Below, piece by piece: positions 1 to 9,223 of a DNA stretch of 64,000 nt; the first letter of the stretch is position 1; every line of letters starts with the position of its first letter. A program made the position numbers and the translations under genes. The notes under the pieces were generated by a model. It searched no databases. It worked only from the letters and a program-made list of their open reading frames with translations, and was not told where the DNA came from. Origin of the DNA: a bacterium (lineage in GTDB: Bacteria; UBA9089; UBA9088); assembly GCA_040753555.1 (NCBI GenBank), contig JBFMDZ010000001.1, positions 12,693 to 76,692 of the forward strand, given 5' to 3'.

Positions 1-2727
1 ATCTTTATCCCTTAATCCTTCTTTGATTGCACTAATTGCCCATTCATCCTTTATCCCTAAATTAGCTATGGCAGAGATAGCAGGGCCTCGCACCAATAAA
101 TCTTTATCCCTTAATCCTTCTTTGATTGCACTAATTGCCCAGCCATCCTTTATCCCTAATTTAGCTATGGCAAGGATAGCAGAGTGTCGCACAAATTCAT
201 CTTCATCCCTTAATCCTTGCTTAATTGCCTCAATTGCCCATTCATCCTTTATCCCTAAATTAGCTATGGCAAGGACAAGGATAGCAGAGTGTCGCCTCCA
301 TTTATCTTTATCTTTTAATCCTCCTTTAATTGCTTTAATTGCCCATTCATCCTTTATCCCTAATTTAGCTATGGCAGAGATAGCATAGGTTCGCACCCAT
401 GAATATTCATCCCTTAATCCTTGCTTAATTGCCTCAATTGCCCATTCATCCTTTATCCCTAAATCAGCTATGGCAGAGATAGCAGAACCTTGTGATTTTG
501 ATAAAATCGCCTCCCTTATTCTCTCCCTAACCCTTTCTATACTTGAGGCATCTTTAAGTATTCTTGCTGCACGGCTACTTAATCCTCCTATTTTACCAAA
601 GAGAAATTCTATAAGAGAGGAGGTTATCTCATCCACAAGCCCTATCTCTACATTTGCACTACTTGCTAAGCATCTTCCAGCAAGGAGAATATTTTTCTTT
701 AAAATGCCTTCATTGATTTTATCGCCTTTTCCCTCTAATATTTTCTTAAGATAATCTGAGACCCTTTTTGTGCTTGCCTGGGTTATCCCCAATTCAGAGG
801 AAACCAAGATAAATACCTCCTCCCAACGAGAGGAATAAGAAAATTCCTTTAAATATTCAAAATAAAGCTCACCCCTTACAAGCTCAATAGCACAGAGGTA
901 TTCCTCAAAGGATAAATGGGCAAACCCCCAAAAACCCCTTCCTTTTTCCTCCAATAATCCACTTGCCTCTTTAAGCCTTTCTAAAAAATTATTCAGGATT
1001 TCCTCTATTCTTTCTTTAGCTATACCTTTTTCAAGTAGCTTTTGTTTAATAAAATCCCTTAAATTATCCTCAGGGATTATACCGGCAGGGAATTCCTTGT
1101 GTAGCTTAAGGGCTAAGGGAGCAAGGATAGGAATTGCCTCTGTTCTAAAGTCTATTCTCTGTGCCTCAGGCTGGATAATGCTGATACTCCTTGCTTGATG
1201 CCAGGTTTCCACTAGGGTCTGAATCATTCGTTCAAAGAGCTGAATGCGGTAATTGGGTAGATGGGCTTCTGTTTTATGGATAAGAATGGTAAGGGTTAAG
1301 AGAAATGGGTTGGCAATAAAGGGAGAAAGCTGTGGCTCATTTAATACTTCTATAAGCTTTTCTGCCTCATCTTTAGCCATTCTTTCTCCATCTTCACCTT
1401 TACCCCTTAGCCCCTGCTCAATCGCAATCATCCATTTCCTTATCATTGGCTTTGCCTCTTCAAGGGTTAAATCCTCAATAAAATAAATATCCCTATTTTC
1501 AAAAGAAAGCCCGGGAAAGCCAATTATTCGGCTGGTAATTATAAATCTAGCCTTTGGATAAGCTTGGATAAAGGATTCTATTAAGCCTGCTATTTCCCTC
1601 CTTTCTCTATCAGAGGGCACCTCATCCATTCCATCAAAGAGAAATATTGCCCTCTCTATTTCCTCATCAATAAATCTTGAAATATCAATGCCAAGTATTT
1701 TGAAATATAGAATAATTGCCTCCTTTACCCCAATTTGCCTCTTATTTTCCTGCCATATCTGACAGAGATGGCCAACGGATATAGGAAAGGGGAAAAGGGG
1801 CTCGTCTAAGGAAAGCCTCTCCTTAATGTCTATCCTTCCACTTACACAGGATAAAGCAAGGTATTTTATCAAGGTGCTCTTTCCTGCCCCAGGAGAGCCA
1901 AGGATAACCGCATTCTTTCTTCTCTTTAATACCTCTACTAGGCTTAAGGCAGATAAGGCTGGCGCTCTCCTTACAATAATATCTTCTTTGGTAAGACTCT
2001 CTATATCCTTAAAATCTCTCATCCATATATCAACATACTCTGTCCTAAACTTAAGGGGTGAAAATATATCAAAGAGGTTAATAGATATAAGGTGTTCCTG
2101 TCTTAAACCACGAGGGATAATTTTTCCATACCTTTGCTTGATAAAATTAAGGTAGTCTCTCTTTGCCGGATAGGTATCTTGAGAAGGAGGGATAAACATA
2201 TCTTCTTTATCAATCTTACGGGTCTTTGGATAGACAAATAAGGGTGATTTATCCTTAATAGTTGTTCCCAGAAAGCTAAATTCCTCCTTTTCTCTATCAG
2301 GAAGGCTTAACCATCCCTCCTCAGTTAAGACAAGGGAGTCTTTAGGGCAGGCACTTTCTGAATGTCCTGCGAGGTTAAACTGGTCTGATTGAATTTTCCC
2401 AAGCTCTTTTTTAAAATTAACCTTATCTACGCCAATGCCAATCCTGATGTGTGCCTCATATTCTAATGTCCTTCTAATTTCTTCAAGGAGCTTTTTTCCG
2501 GCACAAATGGCATTATAGAGGCCATCCTCTCCCAGGAAATAAACGGTTGCACCATCCCCTTGAAACTCAAATGGTGCACAATTAAATCCTGTTAGAGTAT
2601 TTTCTACAAGGTCATGGTATGCTTTGATGTCATCTTTAAGATTAGTAGAACCTGCCAGATCAAACTTAAAGAGGGCAATGGTTACTAAATCTTTCTCTTT
2701 TATGCCTAATCTTTCATACCATTCCAT
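1..2727 (-). CDS. Signal-transduction STAND NTPase: N-terminal class III nucleotide cyclase-like domain, NACHT/NB-ARC P-loop NTPase, C-terminal HEAT (PBS-lyase type) repeats. Partial; the C-terminus runs past the window start.
   Basis: Reverse-strand translation is open from 2727 (MEWYERLGIKEKDLVTIALFKFDLAGSTN...GDGATVYF, a cyclase-like motif). It shows a verified Walker A (VILGSPGAGKSTL, around 1870-1908) and Walker B (RAIFLFDGMDEV, around 1625-1660). The ~60-bp periodic repeats at 1-760 encode repeated 'GIKDEWAIEAIKQGLRDED..VR..AI.AIAKL' HEAT units. Confidence 0.7.
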   Translation of the reverse strand, partial: MEWYERLGIKEKDLVTIALFKFDLAGSTNLKDDIKAYHDLVENTLTGFNCAPFEFQGDGATVYFLGEDGLYNAICAGKKLLEEIRRTLEYEAHIRIGIGVDKVNFKKELGKIQSDQFNLAGHSESACPKDSLVLTEEGWLSLPDREKEEFSFLGTTIKDKSPLFVYPKTRKIDKEDMFIPPSQDTYPAKRDYLNFIKQRYGKIIPRGLRQEHLISINLFDIFSPLKFRTEYVDIWMRDFKDIESLTKEDIIVRRAPALSALSLVEVLKRRKNAVILGSPGAGKSTLIKYLALSCVSGRIDIKERLSLDEPLFPFPISVGHLCQIWQENKRQIGVKEAIILYFKILGIDISRFIDEEIERAIFLFDGMDEVPSDRERREIAGLIESFIQAYPKARFIITSRIIGFPGLSFENRDIYFIEDLTLEEAKPMIRKWMIAIEQGLRGKGEDGERMAKDEAEKLIEVLNEPQLSPFIANPFLLTLTILIHKTEAHLPNYRIQLFERMIQTLVETWHQARSISIIQPEAQRIDFRTEAIPILAPLALKLHKEFPAGIIPEDNLRDFIKQKLLEKGIAKERIEEILNNFLERLKEASGLLEEKGRGFWGFAHLSFEEYLCAIELVRGELYFEYLKEFSYSSRWEEVFILVSSELGITQASTKRVSDYLKKILEGKGDKINEGILKKNILLAGRCLASSANVEIGLVDEITSSLIEFLFGKIGGLSSRAARILKDASSIERVRERIREAILSKSQGSAISAIADLGIKDEWAIEAIKQGLRDEYSWVRTYAISAIAKLGIKDEWAIKAIKGGLKDKDKWRRHSAILVLAIANLGIKDEWAIEAIKQGLRDEDEFVRHSAILAIAKLGIKDGWAISAIKEGLRDKDLLVRGPAISAIANLGIKDEWAISAIKEGLRDKD

Positions 2728-3865
2728 ATCTTTTGAAGACAAGCCTAAATTCTCCGCCTATAAGGCTTATCTCTGGCGAAGGCAAACCTGCCTTTTTCAT
2801 TAGCCGAAACATTGTGGGAATGCCCAATCCAACATTATGAACCAATTTTAGCCTTAAAGCATGGGCAAAGATGATACGGTTTCTAACCGCATGGCATCCC
2901 AAATATAGCTCCTCAAGCCTTAATGTATTTAACAACCTGCCCGGGCTTAATACCTCTATCCTGTTATCAAAAACAAAAAGCCTGATTTGGGAGGGAAGAT
3001 TATACTCCCGGTGAACCAATGCATTAACAAGCCCTTCCTGAATTGCCGATAATAGAGGATTGGGTTCTGAAGCAGGTTTAAGAATCTCCTCCATTATCCC
3101 AAGATGCCTTTTTACAAACCTTGTTGCCTCCCTTTCCTGCTCATCAATCCTTCCTTCAATCTCTATCCTTTCAAGATACTTATGGCCACCTTCAAGGTCT
3201 CCCTCTGGAAACCTGATTGCGGTAATCTTTGCATAGGGTAGCCTTTTCTGGGGCTCTTTGCCATAGCAGATAAGCCCGCCAAGTGTTAGGTCGTCTTCAT
3301 AATTGCTTATTATTCCACAATCTTTTAGCCTTACCTTAGATGGTTCATCTACTATGCATAGCTCAGGCCAAGCCTTGCCAAGATAATCTAGGTCAAGAAA
3401 AGAGATTCCTGTATCTAAAACCGGTGCTTCATCAGGGTAAAAAGAGCCTGTAGATTGAAAGAGCCTCGCCAGCTCTTGTCTACTAATAATCCTTTTACTT
3501 GCTCCCACACGGATATAATAGACCCCTTTGTTTGTGCGGTATGGCCGGTCTAGCCCTTTAGGAATTCTAATCGCAAGGATGGTATGGCCATTTATCTTTA
3601 GCTTTTCCCAGGTAAGAAGCAAAGAGGGTTCTATATTATTTTGAGAAATATTTTCTATCAATTGTGTTGCCCTATCCATTGCTTTCTTTTCATCAAGTGT
3701 AGCAAGGGCTTCTCCCTTATCCGAAACACCAAGCAGGATAGTTCCACCCTCAGAGTTTGCCATAGCGACAATTTCAGCCGAGAGGTCATCGGGATGGGGA
3801 ATGTCTGATTTAAACTCCCACTTAGAATCTTCACCTATTTCCAATTGATCTTCTATTTTACCCAT
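2714..3865 (-). CDS. AlbA_2 (Schlafen-like) DNA-binding domain plus HATPase_c_4 protein. Putative ATP-dependent DNA-binding regulator, RecG C-terminal-like family.
   Basis: N-terminus WEFKSDIP...AMANSEGGTILLGV is the AlbA_2 signature. C-terminus LVNALVHREY is a HATPase_c_4-like motif. It overlaps the downstream STAND gene by 14 nt and the upstream hdrC-like gene by 13 nt. Confidence 0.55.
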   Translation of the reverse strand: MGKIEDQLEIGEDSKWEFKSDIPHPDDLSAEIVAMANSEGGTILLGVSDKGEALATLDEKKAMDRATQLIENISQNNIEPSLLLTWEKLKINGHTILAIRIPKGLDRPYRTNKGVYYIRVGASKRIISRQELARLFQSTGSFYPDEAPVLDTGISFLDLDYLGKAWPELCIVDEPSKVRLKDCGIISNYEDDLTLGGLICYGKEPQKRLPYAKITAIRFPEGDLEGGHKYLERIEIEGRIDEQEREATRFVKRHLGIMEEILKPASEPNPLLSAIQEGLVNALVHREYNLPSQIRLFVFDNRIEVLSPGRLLNTLRLEELYLGCHAVRNRIIFAHALRLKLVHNVGLGIPTMFRLMKKAGLPSPEISLIGGEFRLVFKRYGMV

Positions 3866-4311
3866 TTCTTTGGAAACAAGGAAATCTTTCCCTTTTTAAA
3901 CATAAGAAGACCAGCAAATATATCCTTAAATGGATTTCCCGATAAAAGATTATACTTAAGAATAAGGCCTAATTCAAATATCCTTCCATTTTTATTTATC
4001 TCATCCTTAAATGTCTTATGGAAGAGAAAGACATTTTTTAAAGCTGGCTTTATATTTTCTTGTTCTGATATGAGCCTTAATCTGCCCATAACACCTGCTA
4101 AATCTATTTCCTTTGGGCATCTAACACTACAGGTTTTGCAAAATGCACAAAGCCATATTGTCTTGCTTTTTAATGCAAAATCTATTTTATCAAGCTGAAT
4201 AAACCTGATAAGCCGATTAGGTGTGTAATCCATAAATTGGGCAATCGGACACCCGGCACTACATTTCCCACATTGGTAGCACTTTGCCAGATCGCTCTTT
4301 ATCGCCTCCAT
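3853..4311 (-). CDS. hdrC: HdrC-like 4Fe-4S dicluster protein (heterodisulfide reductase subunit C family).
   Basis: Two CxxCxxCxxxCP motifs (CYQCGKCSAGCP, CAFCKTCSVRCP). Size about 150 aa. Confidence 0.5.
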   Translation of the reverse strand: MEAIKSDLAKCYQCGKCSAGCPIAQFMDYTPNRLIRFIQLDKIDFALKSKTIWLCAFCKTCSVRCPKEIDLAGVMGRLRLISEQENIKPALKNVFLFHKTFKDEINKNGRIFELGLILKYNLLSGNPFKDIFAGLLMFKKGKISLFPKKWVK

Positions 4312-4315
4312 TGCG

Positions 4316-4531
4316 TTATTCTCTTAAGGCTTCTTGAGGCTCTTTTTCTTTTGCTTCGCTATTTAACTTTCCAGCTAATAGCTCTTCAATGGCGATGGGG
4401 ATTATCTTTACTATGTCTGTTTCAGAACCAACCCATCTATTTAACTCCCTTGACCTTCTTGCGAGTAGGTTAACAAGGTGAAATTTGCTCTTTGCATGCT
4501 TTAGCATCTCATCATAGTTATATAGCATCAT
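4316..4531 (-). CDS. rpoZ: DNA-directed RNA polymerase subunit omega.
   Basis: Motif NYDEMLKHAKSKFHLVNLLARRSRELN. Conserved rpoZ-gmk adjacency. Confidence 0.7.
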   Translation of the reverse strand: MMLYNYDEMLKHAKSKFHLVNLLARRSRELNRWVGSETDIVKIIPIAIEELLAGKLNSEAKEKEPQEALRE

Positions 4532-5081
4532 TTTCTCCTCCTTTTTTATTTAAAATAATTTCTTTTATCAAAGATATTGTTTTTTTTGGTGTTTCATTTA
4601 CAATAATATGGTCATAATGCTTTCCTTCTTCCATTTCATATTCTGCCTTACAAAGCCGCTCTTTTATTTTTTCTTGTGAGTCTGTTCTTCTTGTTCTTAG
4701 CCTCCTTTCAAGCTCTGACATTGATGGTGGAAGAAGAAATATAAGGAGAGCATCTGGATATAGGGATTTTATGTTCTTTCCGCCAACAACATCTATATCA
4801 AGAAGTAAATCATAATCCTTTGCCTCATCTAGGGTATGGCGTGATGTTCCATAATAATCTCCAAATATCTTCACCCATTCAACAAATTCATCATCCTCTA
4901 TCATCCTTTTAAACCTGTTAATATCTATAAACCTGTATTCCCATTTTTCTATTTCTTCCTCCCTTGGTTTTCTTGTGGTATAAGATACAGAAAATCTTAA
5001 ATCAGGGAATTCTTCTAATAGCCCTCTGCAAATTGTTGTCTTTCCTGTTCCAGATGGTGCTGAGATAACAATAATCATCAA
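4518..5081 (-). CDS. gmk: Guanylate kinase.
   Basis: SAPSGTGKTT P-loop and SVSYTTRKPR motif. Confidence 0.9.
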   Translation of the reverse strand: MMIIVISAPSGTGKTTICRGLLEEFPDLRFSVSYTTRKPREEEIEKWEYRFIDINRFKRMIEDDEFVEWVKIFGDYYGTSRHTLDEAKDYDLLLDIDVVGGKNIKSLYPDALLIFLLPPSMSELERRLRTRRTDSQEKIKERLCKAEYEMEEGKHYDHIIVNETPKKTISLIKEIILNKKGGENDAI

Positions 5082-5827
5082 TAATCAATCCCTACTAGAA
5101 AAAGCCCTTGTGAAGGAACAATCCAGGGAGCAAACCTTCTGTCTTTGGCAAGGATGATGGAAGATACATCATCTAAATTAAGAAGCCCGCTTCCAACCCT
5201 AATTAAGGTTGCCACAATACACCTAATCATATTATAAAGAAAGCTTACGCCTGCAATATCAAAAAATATAAGGTTTTCAGAAAAAATGCCCATTTTGGAA
5301 GAGATGACAATAGATTTTATCTCCCTTATACAATTTCTTCCATCTTGTCTTACAAACGAAGAGAAATCCTTTTTTCCAATAAAAACATTTGCTGCCTTTC
5401 TCATCATTTCTATATCAAGAAATTTTGGAAAAAAATAGCTATACCTTAAAAACATAGGTGATTTACAAGAATCATTTAGAACAATATACCTATACCTTTT
5501 TTCTTTACAATGCCTTGGATTAAATGAAAGCCCTACTTCGCTTATATCTTTTATAATTATATCATAAGGAAGAAAAGAATTCAAGGCATTTTTTATGTTT
5601 AAAATTGGAATATTAGAGATTGTTTTAAATGTTGCAACAAAAGCCAATGCATGCGCTCCTTTATCTATCCTTCCTGCACCTAGTATTTTTACCCTCTCCT
5701 TACAAACCTTAAATATAGCGCTCTCAAGCATTCCAGCAACCGTTGGCTTATCCTTCTGCCTTTGCCATCCATAATAATTTGTTCCATCATAGGCTATTGT
5801 AAGCTTGATGTTTCTAAATTTTTCCAA
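5078..5827 (-). CDS. truA: tRNA pseudouridine(38-40) synthase.
   Basis: IAYDGTNYYGWQRQ and GRIDKGAHA motifs. Confidence 0.85.
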   Translation of the reverse strand: MEKFRNIKLTIAYDGTNYYGWQRQKDKPTVAGMLESAIFKVCKERVKILGAGRIDKGAHALAFVATFKTISNIPILNIKNALNSFLPYDIIIKDISEVGLSFNPRHCKEKRYRYIVLNDSCKSPMFLRYSYFFPKFLDIEMMRKAANVFIGKKDFSSFVRQDGRNCIREIKSIVISSKMGIFSENLIFFDIAGVSFLYNMIRCIVATLIRVGSGLLNLDDVSSIILAKDRRFAPWIVPSQGLFLVGIDY

Positions 5828-6458
5828 TAGAGGTTATAAGCAAACTTGCCTCTTTGACACCATCTAATCCCAGAGCCTCGTTGATTTGGTCATCAAAAAA
5901 TGCTCCAATTGCACAACATCCCAATCCCATAGAGGTAGTAGATAAATAGATATTTTCACTTATATGCCCTACTTCTAATAGGACATATCTGTATGCCCTA
6001 TCCTTATATTTCCATTTGGTTCTCTCAAAGATGGCACTCATTATAAAACTTACAGCGCTTTTGTAAATTACATCCTGACCCAGGCAATATTCTGTAAATT
6101 CCTTTGCAAAATCACCCTTTTTTAATTCTTCCAAAGAATGGTCTTTCACAGAATAGTGGTATATTCCTTGGGGTATTTCACTTACGCGATTGATAAGGGG
6201 ATAGATTTCTATTGGATAAAGTGCTCCAGCTGAAGGTGATGCTCTTAATCCAGCCTTGCTAGTTATACCATTCGCACAAAAGAGTAATAAAGAAAGCTCA
6301 TCTAAAGAAATAGGCTCTAAAGAAAAATCCCTTAATGACCTTCTTTTCCTAATTGCCTCCTCAACACATAGCCCTTTATATTTAAAGGTATCTGGAAGTT
6401 TAATCTTTTTTGCCTTTGAATACCCTTTAAAGATAGGAGGTTCAATCATTCCATTCAT
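5814..6458 (-). CDS. Nitroreductase-family / SagB-type dehydrogenase domain protein.
   Basis: RKRRSLRDF motif and nitroreductase-fold length. Confidence 0.55.
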   Translation of the reverse strand: MNGMIEPPIFKGYSKAKKIKLPDTFKYKGLCVEEAIRKRRSLRDFSLEPISLDELSLLLFCANGITSKAGLRASPSAGALYPIEIYPLINRVSEIPQGIYHYSVKDHSLEELKKGDFAKEFTEYCLGQDVIYKSAVSFIMSAIFERTKWKYKDRAYRYVLLEVGHISENIYLSTTSMGLGCCAIGAFFDDQINEALGLDGVKEASLLITSIGKI

Positions 6459-6479
6459 TATATCATTTTATGGATAATT

Positions 6480-7208
6480 TTACAAATTTTTAACCAACTC
6501 CATTAGCCCTTTTGCATTCTTTATAGCATATGCTTCAAAGTCATTATTGAAATAGCAATGGACATCAATGCCATCCTTTAAAAATCCATTTATTTCATAA
6601 GCTAATTGCTTAAGCTCATCTAAAGAATAATCATAATTATACCAGCTAGTTGCTCCATGCATCCTGATGTAGACAAAAGGGCTGGTTGCTACAATATGTG
6701 TTTCAATCTTTGGCGCACTTACAATGCAGGAGGCAATATTGTTTTCCCCTAAAAGGCTAAATGTTTCATTATCAAACCAGGAATTATTCCGAAACTCAAT
6801 GCAATAAGAAAAATTATTGGGAAGCTCCTTAATAAAGCCTTTAAGCCTTGGAATATCCTTTTTAAGCGATGGTGGAAGCTGGAATAAAACAATAGATAAT
6901 TTTTCTTTTAGCCCTTTTATCCTATCTAAAAATATCTTAAGGGCTTCACTACAATTAACAAGCTTTAATAGATGGGTAATTCTACGAGAAGCCTTAAGGA
7001 CAAACTTAAAATTCTTTGGGCTTCTTCTATACCATCCCTTTATCATGCCCTCAAATGGAAGGCGATAGAATGAGCTATTTATCTCTACGCTTTGAAAATG
7101 CTCGCTATAGAATGAAAGCATCTCCTCCCTAGCAAGGGAAGGAGGATAAAAATTTCCATACCAATGCTCATAGCTAAAACCCGATGTCCCAATAAAAACA
7201 TTAGGCAT
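6480..7208 (-). CDS. DUF72 (YecE-like) protein.
   Basis: GTSGFSYEHWYGNFYP N-terminal signature. Confidence 0.7.
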   Translation of the reverse strand: MPNVFIGTSGFSYEHWYGNFYPPSLAREEMLSFYSEHFQSVEINSSFYRLPFEGMIKGWYRRSPKNFKFVLKASRRITHLLKLVNCSEALKIFLDRIKGLKEKLSIVLFQLPPSLKKDIPRLKGFIKELPNNFSYCIEFRNNSWFDNETFSLLGENNIASCIVSAPKIETHIVATSPFVYIRMHGATSWYNYDYSLDELKQLAYEINGFLKDGIDVHCYFNNDFEAYAIKNAKGLMELVKNL

Positions 7209-7438
7209 ATTTACTTTTCTCGTATATGTTTAGGTGGCTAAAATTCATTTACCTTAATAGACTCTTTAGACTCTACAGGCTTTCCTTAAATATTAGCTAA
7301 ACACATACAAAAAGTTCAAGCGTAGTTTGGGTAACCCAAGGCCAACCCTGGTTCACCCATGCCTACACCTCTCCTTTAAGTGCTTTTGCCAAATACATTT
7401 GTGAAAATGATTCATTATTTTTCTTTGCCATTTTAATC

Positions 7439-8602
7439 CTATCCTATTAAAAAATCTTTAGTAAGATATTCTTCAGAAACTTTCTTTTCTGCGGGTAAAT
7501 ATATTCTCACTTGAATATCTAATTTTGATAAATACTTACACATTAAAGCTCCAACATCTTGCCACTTTAAATTCCCAAGTCCACAGCCAAGTGCAGGCAA
7601 AGCCAGAGACTTTATCCCTTCTTTCTTATAGTTATCAACTATCCAATTCAACCCTTTTTCAATCCCTTTGATATCTCCACCTTCTTTCCAATGTTGTTTA
7701 GTTGGAAAAAGTAAAAACCATGTCGCACCATTTCCATTTTTTAAGGTAGATGGCTCATCAGCTAATTGATAATCAAGAGAACCTTCTCGCTTGTAAAGAT
7801 ATGGTTTCCCCATTTGTAATGTATGATTTCTGCATACATATTGATATTGAACATAGACATCGGGAAACTGCCATTTTGCACGAGAGGCAAGACCTTTTCC
7901 CATAATACCAATGCAATTAACACTAATTGTAAGTGTTTGCATTCTTGAAAAGAACATATCTCCGTCTGTTACATATAACAATGGGGTAATTTCTATCTCA
8001 CGAGAAGGTTTGAAAAATATATTTGGTTGGGGAACAACAGATATAGGGAACGATGATAAAAATTCTTTTATTTTATTAGCAATATTATGATCTGCCACAT
8101 AAATCGTATGAATATATTCTGGTAAAACCATTTCTGGAACAAGACACTCTGCCATTATTTTCCTTTTATCGCCGCTTTCTTCAGTCCACCATTCTTTTTC
8201 AAGTATTTTTGTTAATTCATTTAGTAGTGCCTGCTTTCCTTCTTTAGCTGGAAGTATCTCTGTAGCAAAACTAGCTGCATTACCGGTTGAGATAAAAATA
8301 TCATCACGGTTCAAAATGTCTTTCTTAACCGCAATAACTACAATATCTTCAATGGGTTTTTCGCATATAACCCTATATAACATAGGATTTCGTGGTTGAA
8401 AATATAGGTTTGCAAAATCCCACAAATTTTTACCATTTAATAAAATTTTATTACGACGACTTGCTATAATTTCTTTATCATAAATTGGTGTATAGTTGAT
8501 TCGGCGTTCTTCCACCTGATGATGAGATAAAATGCCATAGTTTAATATGGAAGACAAATTATCAATATGTGTGATATAATATAAATGTTTGATTGACGCC
8601 AT
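7439..8602 (-). CDS. Fusion protein: DarT-like ssDNA ADP-ribosyltransferase domain (DUF4433) plus TARG1/DarG-like macrodomain.
   Basis: N-terminus LYYITHIDNLSSILNYGILSHHQ...LYFQPRNPMLY matches the DUF4433/DarT signature. The C-terminal ~170 aa align to the TARG1/DarG macrodomain (ISVNCIGIMGKGLA..., WFLLFPTKQHW, LALPALGCGLGNLKW, IQVRIYLP). Confidence 0.6.
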   Translation of the reverse strand: MASIKHLYYITHIDNLSSILNYGILSHHQVEERRINYTPIYDKEIIASRRNKILLNGKNLWDFANLYFQPRNPMLYRVICEKPIEDIVVIAVKKDILNRDDIFISTGNAASFATEILPAKEGKQALLNELTKILEKEWWTEESGDKRKIMAECLVPEMVLPEYIHTIYVADHNIANKIKEFLSSFPISVVPQPNIFFKPSREIEITPLLYVTDGDMFFSRMQTLTISVNCIGIMGKGLASRAKWQFPDVYVQYQYVCRNHTLQMGKPYLYKREGSLDYQLADEPSTLKNGNGATWFLLFPTKQHWKEGGDIKGIEKGLNWIVDNYKKEGIKSLALPALGCGLGNLKWQDVGALMCKYLSKLDIQVRIYLPAEKKVSEEYLTKDFLIG

Positions 8603-9223
8603 TTTTCCTCCTAAATTTCCAATATTACACCCGCATCATTGCCAAATATGTCCACCACCCGCACAGCAATGGTTCTATTCTTTCTCTTATCCAGTGTTTC
8701 TGTTGCGATGATTGGGACTGTCTTTGCCTTTTTGCCATTTTCCCTGAATACCTGCCACTAGCTTTTGAAGGTGCAGCCATCGTAATCCCAGTCAATTGCC
8801 CAGTAATCTATTAAAACAGCGAAATTGTCCTTTGCCACCTTCATTAAAGCATTATAAGTTTCTTGCTCTCTGGCTGATGTTCGGCTAACCGTAATGTCCA
8901 TTAAGGCATATGTAAATAAGATTTATCTTGCCTTCATATCCTTGAGCAAGGAGGGCTTGCATTGCCAGAAGATTATCGCCCCAGATAAGCCTATTCATCT
9001 TTTGCTTATCAATCTCTTCTTCACCCAATAAACCATCAGTGAAAGATATAAGAATCTGTCTTTTATACTGCGGGTTTGGAATAACCACCTCTGCTGTCTG
9101 GAATTCTATATCCTTTGGATTAGGTGCCCTTCTTGGCTTTGTATCCCAAACCAGCCTTGCACTATCCTTTTTCCTCTGATTATTGCCATTAGCCATCCTT
9201 ATCTCTCTAATATTTCCTTCCAA
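8603..9223 (-). pseudogene. Internally deleted remnant of an N6/N4 DNA methyltransferase (RM-system mod-like).
   Basis: 8885-9223 encodes an MTase N-terminus (NRLIWGDNLLAMQALL...GKINLIYI) that ends prematurely. 8603-8880 encodes out-of-frame C-terminal MTase-like pieces (TVPIIATETLDKRKNRTIAVRVVDIFGNDAGVILEI). The catalytic core is absent. Confidence 0.5.

Noticed and set aside
23-754. Plus-strand ORFs 23-388 and 470-754 (and 1253-1486, 1826-2155).
   Set aside because: They are antisense to the long minus-strand STAND gene. Their Ile/Ala/Leu/Ser-rich translations are the mirror of the HEAT-repeat codons.
1-760. Regular ~60-bp periodic repeats that look like a CRISPR array or minisatellite.
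   Set aside because: The units are not separated by unique spacers. Read on the minus strand they encode consecutive HEAT/PBS-lyase repeats of the STAND protein, so the periodicity is coding.
7330-7375. tRNA-like fragment gggtaacccaaggccaaccctggttcaccc.
   Set aside because: No full cloverleaf (acceptor, D and anticodon arms) can be built. It is at best a fragment.
8593-8814. 73-aa plus-strand ORF between the darT-macro gene and the MTase remnant.
   Set aside because: It lies antisense to the methyltransferase C-terminal remnant and has no recognisable motifs.
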